In this document: one piece after another, positions 25,821-38,887 of the stretch | Numbering within the stretch: the first letter of the stretch is position 1 | How the letters are laid out: each line of letters starts with the position of its first letter | NCBI RefSeq assembly: GCF_018977255.1 | Contig: NW_024704743.1 | Coordinates: 97,218,001 to 97,282,000, forward strand | Length of the DNA: 64,000 nt | DNA from: Callorhinchus milii | Taxonomy: Eukaryota | Direction of reading: 5' to 3' | Position numbers and translations under genes: made by a program | The notes under the pieces: model-generated | What the model was told of the DNA's origin: nothing | Database searches by the model: none | What the model saw: only the letters and a program-made list of their open reading frames with translations

Positions 25821-28800
25821 ATGTATTGTAACTTGCACCCTGGAGCTCAATGTTAAGCTTGCCTCAATGAGCTTACCTTTCTGTCGTGCTACGCACAGAT
25901 TTCATTTGTTTCACAATGACCGCATTGTGACAATAGAGATATGAAATTAGGTTCACACGTTCAACACTCCCCTGGTGAGACGCCAAGCCAACACATTCCC
26001 GACAATGGAAGCTGCCAATTTCTCAGACATGTCTCCTGCACTGTACGGCAGCCAACACATACAGTGGAAGAAGGGCAAAGATCTACAGGTTTCCAGGGAA
26101 ACCGTTAATGTAATCAGGTTTGTATTGTGAGCCCAAACCACTGGGGCTCCTAGAAAACAACACTGTCCAGGCGCTAGACTAATTATTTCCTTTTTTTAAA
26201 ATGGTCCTTGAGAGAAGTCAAGCAATGTGAGAACAACAATTTTACATTTTTAGATCGCCTTTCACATCTCAAAACACTTCACAGAGCCGGCCTGGAGCCT
26301 GAGCTGGGGGATGGGGAGTGCTAAGGAAGGAGGAGGGAAGCGGTTACCAAATTTGAGGGTGAAAAGAAAAGGGACACACAAATATTAGCCACATACTGCA
26401 GAACGGTGGGTGTTGTTGGCTCAGGCTTTGAAGGATCTATCTGCTTCTGCTGTTTGTAAGTGCATTTTGTAGCAAAATGTAACACTACATATCAGGGCCA
26501 CAGAGAAACCAGAGGAGGGAGTGAGTCATCTCAGTCACTTGCTGGTTACCCAGCGCCAGGGTTGAGATTGGGAGCATGATACAACATGCCTTGCCTCTTA
26601 GCTGAAGAATTATCTATGAGCCTAGAGGGACCTAAAAAGAGAGAAGCTGAGGAAGGGCTCGATCATAGGCTGAGGGAGAATTGAAAATACATCTCAGCAA
26701 AAAGATGCCAGCCTTCTTGGTGGAGCAGTATAGAGTGAGTTCCCTTCAGTCAAGCCTCTAACTAAATTGAGAGATTCTATCCGATCTGGTACAGGGTAGA
26801 AAAGTAGAAGATATTCCATTCCTATCAAAATAATCCCTCTCTGTGCTGCATAAACCCGATGTAAAGCTGTGCTGGGTCAATGCACAAGTTAACTGCGCTG
26901 GGGCTCACCAGACTGAATGGAGTGCCTCAGAGGACTATTCTCTAATGCCATTGCCATGTATTCCTGGTGACTGATGTAATCAGTAACTATTCGATACAGC
27001 TTCCCTTCAGTTTCACTCACACAAGCCCACAGACCTCAGAGAGAAAGAGAGAAACATACACACACCAACAGATCCATATTATGGAGATGGTCTCATCTGC
27101 TTCACACACACAATCTGTATCGCAATCACATACACATATGCTTCAGCCAGAAATGCAGAGGTCAGAAGCTTCTCTTTCTCTTTCACACACATTCAAGCTT
27201 CTCTATTGCATTTCTGATGAGATGGAGTTACATTGCTCTATTGGCTAGAATTGGGAGAGTTACTACACAATAGAAGCAACAATCAGAAATGTATATCATC
27301 CATATACAGACAACCAAAACACCCTGACTGATCTCTCAGATACACAGATGCATTAAGTCATTAAAGTGGCTATTGTTCATGTGAGTAACGACAGGCCACT
27401 CGAATGTAGAGGTTATTAACCCAGTCTGACCTTTGATCTATCTCCACCTGGTTGGGAGTAGTTGCTGTCGCAGGACAAGGAGGAGGAATCCTGGCTGGTT
27501 CCCCCTCACTAATCCTGGTAAGATCAGATCCAATTTAACCTCTTCAGGCAACCCATTCAGGATAATATTTCCCCTACGTTGCCCCATTCTCAAATTCAAA
27601 TGAACTTCAAATTCCGTGGGGATTTACTTTCCCTCTGCAACATTCAACCACCAGCACCAACTATACTTGTAGAATGCAAGGATTATTGTAGAATCTCTAA
27701 ACAATTCACAGTTCAATGCCTGTTCAATGTCAAGTGCTCCGAGTCGCTACCCTGTGTGAAGGGCGCTATATAAGTGCAAGTTGTTGATTTCGGCTGTAGT
27801 TGTATTGTGAAGTCTTGCCCACAAAGAATGGACTTGAGACTGCACAAGCTCCCTTCACACTCCTCCCAATGTCTTTGCCAACTGAGCCTGGGGAAGCCAA
27901 GTTTTAAATTCTAACAACTTGCACCAATTACAAACTAGTTAATTGGAAATGTGTTACATTAGGCTCATAAGTAACGTTGCTGTGGTAACCGAATATTTGC
28001 TGTATTCCCTTCTGATCATGGCAATGGTCTAGAGATGTGAAGGAAAGTATAAAAAATTGCCATTAATTCCACTAAAAATATTTTTTCCCCCTTTTGCAGA
28101 AGGATTGATAGTAAGTGAATGGGGTGAAAATATCATAATGATGAGAAAGATTGTATCTTTCACCCCGATTATCATTATCCCAAATGACTGGATTTGACCC
28201 ATGCTCCAAATAACTCATAACCATCCACTTCCCTTCACTACCAAAGGGCTCTTTTAGCAATAAAGTTCAAAGTCAGCTTCATCTTTTTTTTAAACCTTGG
28301 AATAAGTTAAACTCTTTAATACATGACGCATTTGATTGCGTGCGACCAAACCCTGAGAAACATCATGTGTACCAACACACCTCAATGGCCAAATTTGCAT
28401 GAAGTCGTGTAGCAACAGATTTGCTATTGACAGACTTATTGGCTTGTTCTAATGACTGATTTAGTGGATAATGTAACATGATGTGCAAAGGACAATTTGT
28501 TCCCCTGTTTATTGAGAAAGATCAGAGGAATAGATCAATATTTATAACAAATTCAGAAAACGCATTAAACAGCAAGCTTCACAAATAGTCTCAAAATTAC
28601 ACTTGGTCTTAGCCTGTAAGACTATTTTGGCTTAAAATGTTTATACAGAATTATGGACAATTCTTAAATTCAGCATTACTTTGGTAGCTAATTCTCTACA
28701 GTTTTTAAAACAAAACCTGCTTCCAAATTTTAACTGGATTTAAGAATTTTTCACAATTCTGCAAGATGTTACATGCATATAGGAGGGAGAACGCAATAGA

Positions 28801-28999
28801 GGGGTGTGACATGGGGATTAAGAGGAGTGGCAGCTCATAACATGGACATTGATTAATTTGTGCTTAAGCTCACTTCTGTGTTGTAACAATCTATGTAATT
28901 CTAAGAAAAAATGTATTTATATGCATCGGAATTTCAGGCCTATCGTGCCAACAAATTGTGTGAACGATTTTTTAAACTAACTTTCAGATTTTGTAATAG

Positions 29000-29570
29000 T
29001 TTTAATTCTGCAGCTTGTGCCCTTTCCCATCACCCCCACCCTCACCCGGTTCCACTGGCTCCCCATCCCTCAGAGGATAGAATTCAAAATCATCATCTTT
29101 GCCTTCAAAGCCCTCCACAGCCTTGCCCCTTCCCACGTCAGGGACCTTCTAACCTCTTCTCAACCTGTCCATTCCCTCCACTCAGTAGGCTCCGGCCTGC
29201 TTCACGTCTCCCACTCAGCCCGCCCAACCATCGGCGGTCAGGCCTTCAGCGTTTCTACCACCACCCTTTGGAACTCCATCCCACATTCCCTTCACCTCGC
29301 TCTCTCCCTTGCCTCCTTCAAGGCACGTCTCGAGACCCCCCTCTTCGACCGTGCCTTCGACCACCCTCCTACCCTCCCTTACCCCAACCACCCCCTCCCC
29401 CCCTTTAACATCCGTGGCTTTCTGGGGCCTTCTGTTCCTGTTCTTAGTATTCTCTGGGGGAAAAAAATAATTTGAGGCATCCAAATATGAAGTGCGGAAT
29501 GAGTCATTTTAGCGCCTTGGGACGTCCTCCCGACATGAAAGGCGCTTCACAAATGTAATGTTGGGTTGTA
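29000..29570 (+). mobile_element. L2 LINE 3' fragment
   Basis: ORF 29017..29475 (PITPTLTRFHWLPIPQRIEFKI...LWNSIP...FKARLET) is an L2 ORF2 C-terminus; tail at 29510-29570. Confidence 0.88.
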
Positions 29571-31165
29571 TTAGCCTGCCAATGGCATGCTGGAGATTTT
29601 GGTATTGATTTTCTCACAATCAAGACGTTATCGTCTTGGTGCACTTTATCCTGCACATCTTATCTCATGCTGTAATTAAAAGACACCCACACCCACAGGT
29701 GTTCTGTAAGATGCAAGCTGACAAGCAGAGGAAACTGAGCAAATATCAGCCCCAATCAGTCCAGCCACTTTATCCTCCGCCCAAAGACACAGACCAAAGC
29801 GGATGAGTCTGCCAGGATTATGCCTGTAACTACATCGCCAGCAGTTTCAGGACATTCCCATTAGAAAGAGAAAATCAAAATATTGTTTACTTTTAACAAT
29901 GGGAATACAATAAGTTCCCACTGTGAGGATAAAACCTGATGTTGGTCACAATGAGAATTAGAGGAAAAGAGCTTTCTCTTTAGACAGACCGGCGGCGATT
30001 GTACTAGCAGGAAGGAAGAGTTAATGAAAAGGACGATTCATAGACATTTTGGGAGAGAGAGAGGGAGAAAGGGCTTTGGCAAAGGGCCAGAGACATAGCA
30101 GAGAATAACATATCGAGACAGACTTCATTACATTTCTGTCTCTGACACTCACATTTACAAACTGACTGGCCAGCCCCAACTGGCTCCATTCCAATGCAAC
30201 AAAACATTAAATGCAAGCTTCCATTGTCAATCCTGCAGGTTTTCCACAGCAAGTATCAAGACAGCTTCGGTATTCCAATATAAAATGGATTAAATTGGAC
30301 CACAGCGGTTTGCATTTGCACACAAGCACACACATCTGTGTCGCACAACGTTGTCAAGAGTCTTATCTTAGTAAGAGAGCCCAATATGCTCTATGTGTCA
30401 CCGATATATCTCCACACAGCTGATTTTGGACTTTGATATAGTGAGGTGAAAATGTGGTATGTGATACTGATCACTACAGATAACTATCACATTGCTGAAT
30501 AGGTAACATTGAGAGTGAACCTCTTTTCCACCCACCCCTACCTAGCTTTGGGCAAAACTGCCAAAACGCTATCTTGGCAGTTTTGCAGGATATTGCTGAG
30601 CGCAAAATAGCTGCCACATTTGCCTAGATCAATACACTTGACAGTAATTGCTTATGTAGCACTTTGAGATGTTCTGGTGTTATAGGCACTATAACAATTG
30701 CAGAAATTATTTTATTATTATCTTTTGTTCTGCTGCATGGAAAAGTAGTCAAACTGATATTAACTCGGTGATGTTGAAAGATATCTGGTTACTATCTCAC
30801 AGATTTGTACCCAGAACAAAATTTGCATGCTTAAAAACATTGCAAGAATTATTTACTGCAGACAAATGAAACACTTATTTTCTTGCTCTTTCTAAATGTC
30901 AAATGACCATTGGAAAGTCGAGATGTAAAAAGATTAATCATTTAAGGACTAAAGCTGCAAGTTTCAGTCGCTGCATCATAAACCTAACAGCTCACAGTTG
31001 CCTCTGATGTGGAGGCAGAACAATTCTTGTGTTCATCCTTTATGGGTTCCCTTTGTAACTTTTGGCAGGTTCATAAAGCAAAAAGCGATCTCAGTACTTA
31101 GCTCATTACTCAGAGAGCTGAAGCTGCAGCCTCAGTATTGTCTCTCTGCATCGCTTAAAGAATGA

Positions 31166-31510
31166 AAACAACAACAAAAACACATTTATAGAGCGCCTTT
31201 CACAACGGGAGGACGTCCCAAAGCGCTGAACAGTCAGATGTCGGGGCCTGAGCATGGGGGAGCGGTGCTGTATGGGTGAGGGAAAGCAGAGAGGTGGGAG
31301 GGAGACCAAAGGTACGGTCGAAGAGAAGGGTCTTGAGACCGGCCTTGAAGGAGGCAAGGGAGGAACCGAGGAGAAGGGACCGTGGGATGGAGTTCCAGAG
31401 TGTGGAGGTAGAGAGGCTGAAAGCCCGCCCACCAATGGTAAGGCGGGTTGGGCGGGAGACATGGAACAGGCCGGAGCCTGATGAGCGGAGGGAGCGGGCA
31501 GGTTGGTAGG
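31166..31510 (-). mobile_element. L2 LINE 3' fragment
   Basis: Reverse complement of the L2 ORF2 end and tail, with (CAA)n. Confidence 0.85.
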
Positions 31511-32045
31511 GAGTTAAACAGTTAAACAGTCAGTGCATTAAAAAGGCCCTTGTGCCTGATTTCTCCAATTGGCTGATTTTAATTGTATGGTATCCAATAC
31601 AGTTCTTGTACGGCAGAGGGGTTTGGTGCTGTTAATAACAAAATATGATCACTTTAAATTCTAATAACAACAACTGAACCCGTTCAATAAATTTAACATG
31701 GTTGAAAAATCTACAAGACACAGTCTCAAGCTCAGAACCAGCAAGGCGAAGATTAAGTTCTTAACAAGATATTTTATACAGAGAATGGTTAATATGTTCA
31801 ATAATAATCCTTGCATTTGATATTGAGCAAGGATTGAGGTTAAAAGAGGAATAGTTATCTATTTTGCAAAGAAAGCAATTGAGAGGTACAGTATAAGATT
31901 TTGTTTCACTTTACTTTTACCAACCAGATTGAAGACAGGGATCCCTTTCCAGGCCTGTACTTTCCTATATTCCTTTGTTTAGTAAATTCACAGGTATCAG
32001 CTTTACTAGATTGCTACCATACACCAGAGAGTACCAGCCACCTAC

Positions 32046-32149
32046 CATGTAAGAAGGGAATATCAGAACCCTCTTGTGTTTTCCACAGGGCCACTGCGGG
32101 TCATCCAGTAGGTTGGGGTCATACTCCACAAACTCTCCCACTTCATTCC
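32046..32149 (-). CDS. CABLES1: CABLES1 exon 7 (104 nt)
   Basis: ttgcag|GG...ATG|gtaggt; encodes NEVGEFVEYDPNLLDDPQWPCGKHKRVLIFPSYM, containing the conserved Cables motif. Confidence 0.96.
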
Positions 32150-32911
32150 CTGCAATAAAATTCCAATATCTTATTATTTTGATAAAATGTTGATCCTTGT
32201 CCTCTCTCTCAGTAGACAGGCGTTAATGAAAGTAACTTACAAAATGTAACTATGAATTAAGAGTATTTGAATGATCTAATTTATAGTATTTTTAATGAGG
32301 ATTCCTTAATACGGAAAAAGGGGACTCCTTCCGATAACTGGGAGTACATCACAGCAAACCACTAAAACACTCCTCCAACATGATTGACGTGTAGAGCAGA
32401 GTGTACTTCTAGCCAACGGGACCTCGACTGGGAATATTTACTAGGATAGAAGTTAGACCATAACATGTGTGAGCATGACACTGTAACTACAACAACAGTG
32501 CCATTTGTTTAAATTTTGAAGTAGTTGTTAATCAAATAATGTTGCCTTCATTCTTCAAATATGCACACAAGCATATATGTATTATATTATTTTTTTCTTC
32601 TTGAGGGATTATTATCAGGCGTGTGGAGTATGGAAACTTGCTCAAGGTTTCGCCCTGGCGGGAATGAAACCCAGGTCTCTCGCTTGTGAGGCGAGTGCCT
32701 CAGCAACAACAACAACAAGATTGCATTTATAGAGCACCTTTCATGTCGGGACAACGTCCCAAGGCGCTGGACAGTTGAGTCGGGACCCGTGCAGGAGGGA
32801 AATGGTCAGGGTGAGGGAAGGGAAGGGAGGGAGGAGGAGGGGAGGGAAGGGAGGGAGCGAGGAGGGGGTAGAGAATCGAGAGGGGAGCTGAAGGCTCGGT
32901 TGAAGAGAAGG

Positions 32912-33265
32912 CGAGTCCTGCAGCTCAATGGTAAGAGCACTCGCTTGTGAGGTGAGTCCTGCAGCTCAATGATTAGAGCACTCGCCTTGCAAGCGAGACA
33001 CCTGGGTTCAATTCCAGGCAGGGCAAAACCTTGGGCAAGTTTCCTTACTCCACACGCCTAATAATAATCCCTCCAAAACAAAACAATAACAAATTGGTCA
33101 GTTCAAACCACGACTGTTTGTGGGACACTGCTGTGCACTATTGGCTGCTGCATTTCGCCCACAAATATACAGTCAATTCGCTTTACAGTATATTCTGTGA
33201 AGCACTTTGAGACGTCCAGAAGACATGAAAAGCGCTATAACAAATGCAAGGATTATTATTATTAC
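32912..33265 (+). mobile_element. tRNA-derived SINE with a duplicated head
   Basis: GAGTCCTGCAGCTCAATG.T.AGAGCACTCGC occurs twice, followed by the normal body and (ATT)n tail. Confidence 0.88.
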
Positions 33266-33479
33266 TACTGAAGTATATTGACTCTTAGTAACTAATAGTA
33301 TGAACTGTACAATAAAGCAACCTACTCATAAGTACAAATACTCTTAGGTACTAAGACTCAATACTTCAATAGTACTTCAATAGTATTAAATCTCATTACC
33401 TAGAGAAAAGCCATAATGCCAATACACAATGTTGCTTTGCATGCATGCTCGTTCCTCACCTCCCCAAGCTCTCCCTCAG

Positions 33480-34503
33480 ACTCACCGAACCCATGTGCAA
33501 CTTAGGCATCAGGTTTGATCCCTAGCTTTCCTACGTACCGCACATCCATTTCCTGACCAGGACTGCTTTTTACCGCCTCCGCCACATTGCCCGCCTCTAT
33601 AATAATAATAATCCTTGCATTTGATATAGCGCTTTTTTCACATCGGGAGGACGTCCCAAAGCACTTCACAGAACACACTGTAAAGTGAATTGACTATATT
33701 TGTGGGCGAACGCGACAGCCAATTGCGCACAGCAATGTCCCACAAACAGTCGTAGATTGAAAATGACCAATTTATTATTGTTTTTGGAGGGATTATTATT
33801 AGGCGTGTGGAGTAAGGAAACTTGCCCAAGGTTTCGCCCTGACCTGCCTGGAATTGAACCCAGGTCTCTCGCTTGCAAAGCGAGTGCTCTAACCACTGAG
33901 CTACAGGACTCTGTCTGTACCTCACAACCAACACAGCTGAAACCCTTGTCCATGCCTTTTGTCACTTCCCAGCTGGATTATGCCCTCCTCACTGGTCCAC
34001 CATACACAAAATCTAATTAATTCAAAACTCCGCCACCTGAATACCCCCCGCACAAGCTCCGTACCCCCATCACACCATTCCTTACCAGGCTCCCAATTCT
34101 TGAACAGATCTATTTCAAGATCCTCTCACTCGTTTTTAAATCCCTTCATGCCCTCGCACCTCCCTACCTATCCGACCTGTTTTCCCCTCCCTCCACCACC
34201 TGCTGCCTCTGCTCGGCCAGCTCCGGCCTCCTGTTTGTTCCTCGCTCCCTCCTCCACTATCGGTGGGCGTGCCTTCACCCACTACACCCCGAAACTCTGG
34301 AACTCACTCCCTCAATGCCTCCGCCTTGCCCCCTCCCTCCCCATCTTTAAATCCCACCTGTAGATCTTCCTTTTTGATCGTGCTTATGGTCACCTTGCCC
34401 CCTCCGTTTCCCCTTAGCTCTTCATCAGACTCTGCCACTGTTAAGTGCTCCGGGACGCAACCCCGTGTGAAGGGCACTATATAAATGCAAGTTGTTGTTG
34501 TTA
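33480..34503 (+). mobile_element. L2 LINE 3' fragment interrupted by a SINE (33600-33911)
   Basis: L2 homology resumes on both sides of the SINE; tail GTGAAGGGCACTATATAAATGCAAG(TTG)n. Confidence 0.85.
33600..33911 (-). mobile_element. Full-length tRNA(Ala)-derived SINE, young short subfamily
   Basis: Same consensus as 1391-1716. Confidence 0.92.
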
Positions 34504-36361
34504 AGTCAGCAGTTAGTGAGACATTGCTCAGGCACTATGACAACAGTGATGACTTTGATATATCAAGGAATATTCATCCTCCTTTATCACTTTACAAACT
34601 GCTACTTAAATCAGATTTAGAATTATGTATTACTTTTACACTTTATCAAGTAATGCACATTCATTTTGATAATATTTGCAGATCCTTCTTTACTTTAACT
34701 CAGATTACAAAATTAACATTTAATTTGTTTTTGCAATAGAACTTAAAATAAACAGAATCAGTACTTTGAGGGATAGAGGATGTTTCTAGTCTTTCCAAGT
34801 CATACTTGCCTTTAATCTTTTTATTCTAAAATTCTAGAAACCTACAGCTGAGTACTACAGTACACAATGGTTCGTTATGTGGGGAACTTTATTCAAATGC
34901 AGCTTTCTGGAAAGTCTGCTCCCAATGCAGTAAGTGGGGAATGCTCCAATTCTTAAAGTGTGTGCCGCACTTGCCAGGCTCTCTCTTACAGACACGGATT
35001 GTTTGCGGGCGTACAATTCAACAGATGCCAGGCGCCCTTTTGTACCTCAGCCTCGTAGACATTCTATGTGTGTGGGATTGACAGTGAATGCTGGCCGGCT
35101 ATTTGATTGTAAGCGCATAACAATCAAACCAGTTCATGTGGTTATACCCACAAGCCCCAGATCCCCAGAGAGAGTAGGGTAAGAGAATGGGGAGTGGGGA
35201 TCCACTGGATATCAATTAGCAATTAGGAGCAGAAAGCCTGGATGATTTCCCCATCTTTTAAGGTCAATTGGAACCCCCCACCCACCATCGATCACCCATT
35301 TGACATTGCCTTGGTGCTGTGCTGGGGGGGGTGGTGGTTTCCCCACACAGCTTCCGGAGGCGCTGTTTTGCTTTCTACTCTCATGTCTCAAAGAAATCCA
35401 TTCAGAGAGAATGTCTAAAAAGGAAAAAGTGGAACAAATCCAACATAAAATATGTTTCACTGCACTGCTTGGTTGCTCGGAGTGATTCACCATCCAATGC
35501 CATACTAGCCCAGCAGTTCCCAGGTCAGATCATTGGCCCATGGCAACTCAGCTGATCACAGCTCAGGAGACAAAGCCTCAGCTCCCCGGGTTCAGAACGA
35601 AAAAAAATGAAATTAGCTGGGGTTCAGTCTCCTGACACTTATGCAGCAGCCTCTGCTGGACAAACACGTGTGTGTATACCACAGGAATTATCAGGATTAG
35701 GCTCATTCAACACTCGCCAGCCAATGACATGTACAGAGTAGCCATGTACAGGAGAGGAGAGATAAATAAGGGGAGCAAAACCAGTGTGGGAGTATCACAC
35801 TCAAACGCAGTGGAAACCGGTCACCAGAAGAAAACCCTCCTGGCACTACATTTACATGGTTATATGGATGGAATTACAACTCCTTTTGAGGATAACCTCT
35901 TGTGCTGTCTCTCTCTGAACAAGAGAATAACGGAGGTTCTTCTCAAAAGATCTTGGGACATATAACAGGATTATTGTTATCTGCCTCCCTCTTATTGAAG
36001 GCAGCAGCCTGTGTGTGAGCTGTAGTAGAAGCAAGTCCAAATGTACAAAGTTGCCAGTGTGCCACCTGCAGCTCCATTACTCATCTGTAATGTACAGAGA
36101 GGACAAATGCTGGATATTCTCAGCAGGTCAATCCCAGCAAGCCTGCAACCTTGGTTATTATAAAAATAACAATTCTTGCATTTGATATAGCGCGGGATCA
36201 CTTCTTCGAGATGTCTCAAAGTGCTTCACAAAATATACTGCAAAGTGAATTGACTGTATATTTTATGGGTGAAACATTGCAGCCAATTATGCAGTTTACT
36301 TATTATTGTTAGGATTATTATTATTACCATTTTACATATTATTGTAATAAGTAAATGCAAC

Positions 36362-36433
36362 TCCCCCCCCCACCACCCACCCCACAGACACACACACACC
36401 ACCACAGACACACACACATAGACACACAAACAC
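36362..36433. repeat. Poly-C/(CA)n microsatellite just downstream of the exon 6 donor
   Basis: Directly visible; reads (UG)n then G-rich in the CABLES1 pre-mRNA. Confidence 0.85.
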
Positions 36434-36456
36434 AGTCACTGTTTCCTCCTCAGTAC

Positions 36457-36613
36457 CTGTGTCAATGCTCCCTTGGGAGCTGTTTGCCCTCCCAAGGGGG
36501 ATATTCCGATGACTGCTGTTCCGGAACTGAGACAATGAAGCCGTGGAATCGATTGTATTCCTTCTGCCGCCCAGCACATTGGTTGGATAAAGAAACTGAG
36601 TGTATGAAACAGT
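36457..36613 (-). CDS. CABLES1: CABLES1 exon 6 (157 nt)
   Basis: catag|ACT...G|gtactg; encodes TVSYTQFLYPTNVLGGRRNTIDSTASLSQFRNSSHRNIPLGRANSSQGSIDT(G). Confidence 0.95.
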
Positions 36614-37017
36614 CTATGAAACAAAGCCAGAACTGGAAATCAGTGATCTCTGCTCCTCTTCAATTACGTGCCTACACCATCTCTATGGGGAAAACACAGC
36701 AACTATCCCGTCAAGAATCTTTCAAGAACCCATCATGATGAGTTCTTGAAAGATTTGCTTTTTATTATACTCTTTTAAACTTTTGCTTCTTTTACTATTT
36801 TTAATTCAATCTGGACTTGGGATCCTTTGAACAATCTTGCCGGCTAACTTCTGAATCAGTTTTAAATGCATTTTCAGTTGTGAAACAAACCCAATAACTA
36901 GCTGCTACTGATAAAATCTCCTGGTTATCGTATGGTTATTATTATAATAGATTTTAAAAAATCGATGATATTCTCTGTAAAATTGTTATATTATGGAGTT
37001 TTGGTGCAGTCAGTAAT

Positions 37018-37204
37018 GCTTGAAATTCCGCATGGTCTTAGCGTCTTAACATTTAAGATCAGGAAGAATTTTGACAAATTCCTAAAAAGCGCAGCAGAAA
37101 ACTGGCTTCCAAAATGAACACTGAATTTCAGACATTTCCACCATTTGAACAATCTTAAATGTTAAGACAGTGGTTCTAAGGCTAAGACCACGAGAAATGT
37201 CAGC
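37018..37204. mobile_element. Fold-back MITE-like element, same family
   Basis: Perfect 17-bp inverted repeat GTCTTAACATTTAAGAT (37043-37059) / ATCTTAAATGTTAAGAC (37152-37168), plus outer TGGTCTTAGC / GCTAAGACCA. Confidence 0.75.
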
Positions 37205-38207
37205 AGTAAGGTTAAATCTAAACCAGACTGGTGGGAGAGAAATCTCCTCTTTCTGCCAGATGTAAGATTCGCTGGGTAATCATAATCCAGTTTCTAGTGG
37301 ATATAAGTGCTCAGCACAATCAACCCAATCACAGAAAAAGTTGGCTTGGATGGTCAGAGGCATCTTCTGCAGTTGAAATAAAAATACTTTGCTGGTAAGA
37401 GAAAAGGAAACTTTCCTCAGTATCTGTCCAAGAAGCATCTATCCAGGCATCCATGCCTTATCTAGAAAGTGCAGAATATTGATATCGATTTTCTTTCCCC
37501 CAGTTACTGACATAGTTCATCTTAACGCGAAAAAAAAAGCAAGTGAAGGGAAACTTTGTTTTTGAACACTTTCTACATTTTTGTCAAACAAGAGTGTAGA
37601 CAAACAAGTTTGTCTGTATCTTTCAAACAATGGTAAGGATTGAGGGTCTAACTTGCAGATTTCACTAACTGTACATAAACACCATGTAACAAGAGAATTG
37701 ATTACACATGCCCCTTAATGATATCACTAAAAACAATATAAATTATTTCAGAACCACCTTTAATCCTTTCAGTTTATTTATTTAAAAACATCTGTGATTC
37801 CCTCTGGATACAAGTATTTGCAAATGGTTTGCACAATCCACAAATTAGACTTATTTTATTGTCCAATGGATTTAATAGATTGGAGGGCAGTCTTGAATTA
37901 TACTTCCTTAATATTTTGCAAGGTATAAGAATTTATCCCAGTTGGGGCCTTTAAAAATGGCACAGATGATACAAAATATCATTGACGTGGGCAATACAAT
38001 GTCAGCAGTCCTTGTGCGCTCTACTTATGGCTAAATCCATATTTACAATCTACAGCTTGTTTCAAACACAAATTGTGAGCGAGTGAACAACTTTCTCTTA
38101 CAATTACTCCAATGACTTTAAAGGTAAAATTCTAAAGTCAAACAAAAGTATTTGAGGAAACACAAGGGTTAGCGCAGTTTCCAGACCTTATAGGAAGTGA
38201 AACCCAC

Positions 38208-38313
38208 CTTCCCATCAGCCCCTAGTTCTACACCTTCAAGGCCAATCATCATTTCCTTGGCAGTGACTCCACCGGAAGGATGTCTCTGTCGCCCGGGCTC
38301 TTGTTTCACATCC
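38208..38313 (-). CDS. CABLES1: CABLES1 exon 5 (106 nt)
   Basis: ttcag|G...AAG|gtgggt; encodes DVKQEPGRQRHPSGGVTAKEMMIGLEGVELGADGK. It lies inside ORF-track entry 38169..38465. Confidence 0.95.
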
Positions 38314-38887
38314 CTGAAAATCATCAGATAACACACATTATGATGCACCAGAAAAATATGCACACATCTCTGTCTCTGTACAATTACTATCCATATACTT
38401 CGTACTAACAATAACCAGCAGATTTTAATGACAAGCAAAGGAAAACCAGCTGGATTCATCCACATGTTTTCTATTCATCACACAAGACCACAAGAAAGGT
38501 TCAGATTAAGAAATCCCTTCAGTTTATTTGATCTCATCCTTACAGAATACCCATGCCACATCTTCCCATTTAGCATCCAGCTGTTTCTTGAATGAGACCA
38601 ATGTTCATCCTTCCTGATAACCTGTTCCAGCTGTCAATTGCCCTCTCTGCAGATCGTAAAAACGAAATGACTTAAAAATGGAGACTGAATTGAACAATTC
38701 TTCACAAGTCTGTGCTATCTTAAAATTGAAGACCAAATGATACATCAGATGAATACTAGGTAGAACTTCTGGCTTTTTTCTGTGCACAGCCTAGTGTCAG
38801 TTTGGTGCGTTCACCTCTGAATCACAAGGTTGTGGGTGTTCAAGCACCACATTGGGATTTTGAACTCATATTGTAGGCATGACACTA

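Noticed and set aside
25871..25960. Strong minus-strand donor-like AAAG|GTAAGC in intron 7
   Set aside because: No convincing acceptor or Cables-like coding sequence, and exons 7 and 8 already join in frame.
30552..30586. 13-bp perfect hairpin GCAAAACTGCCAA / TTGGCAGTTTTGC
   Set aside because: It is short, isolated and intronic. Terminator logic does not apply to this locus and there is no other support.
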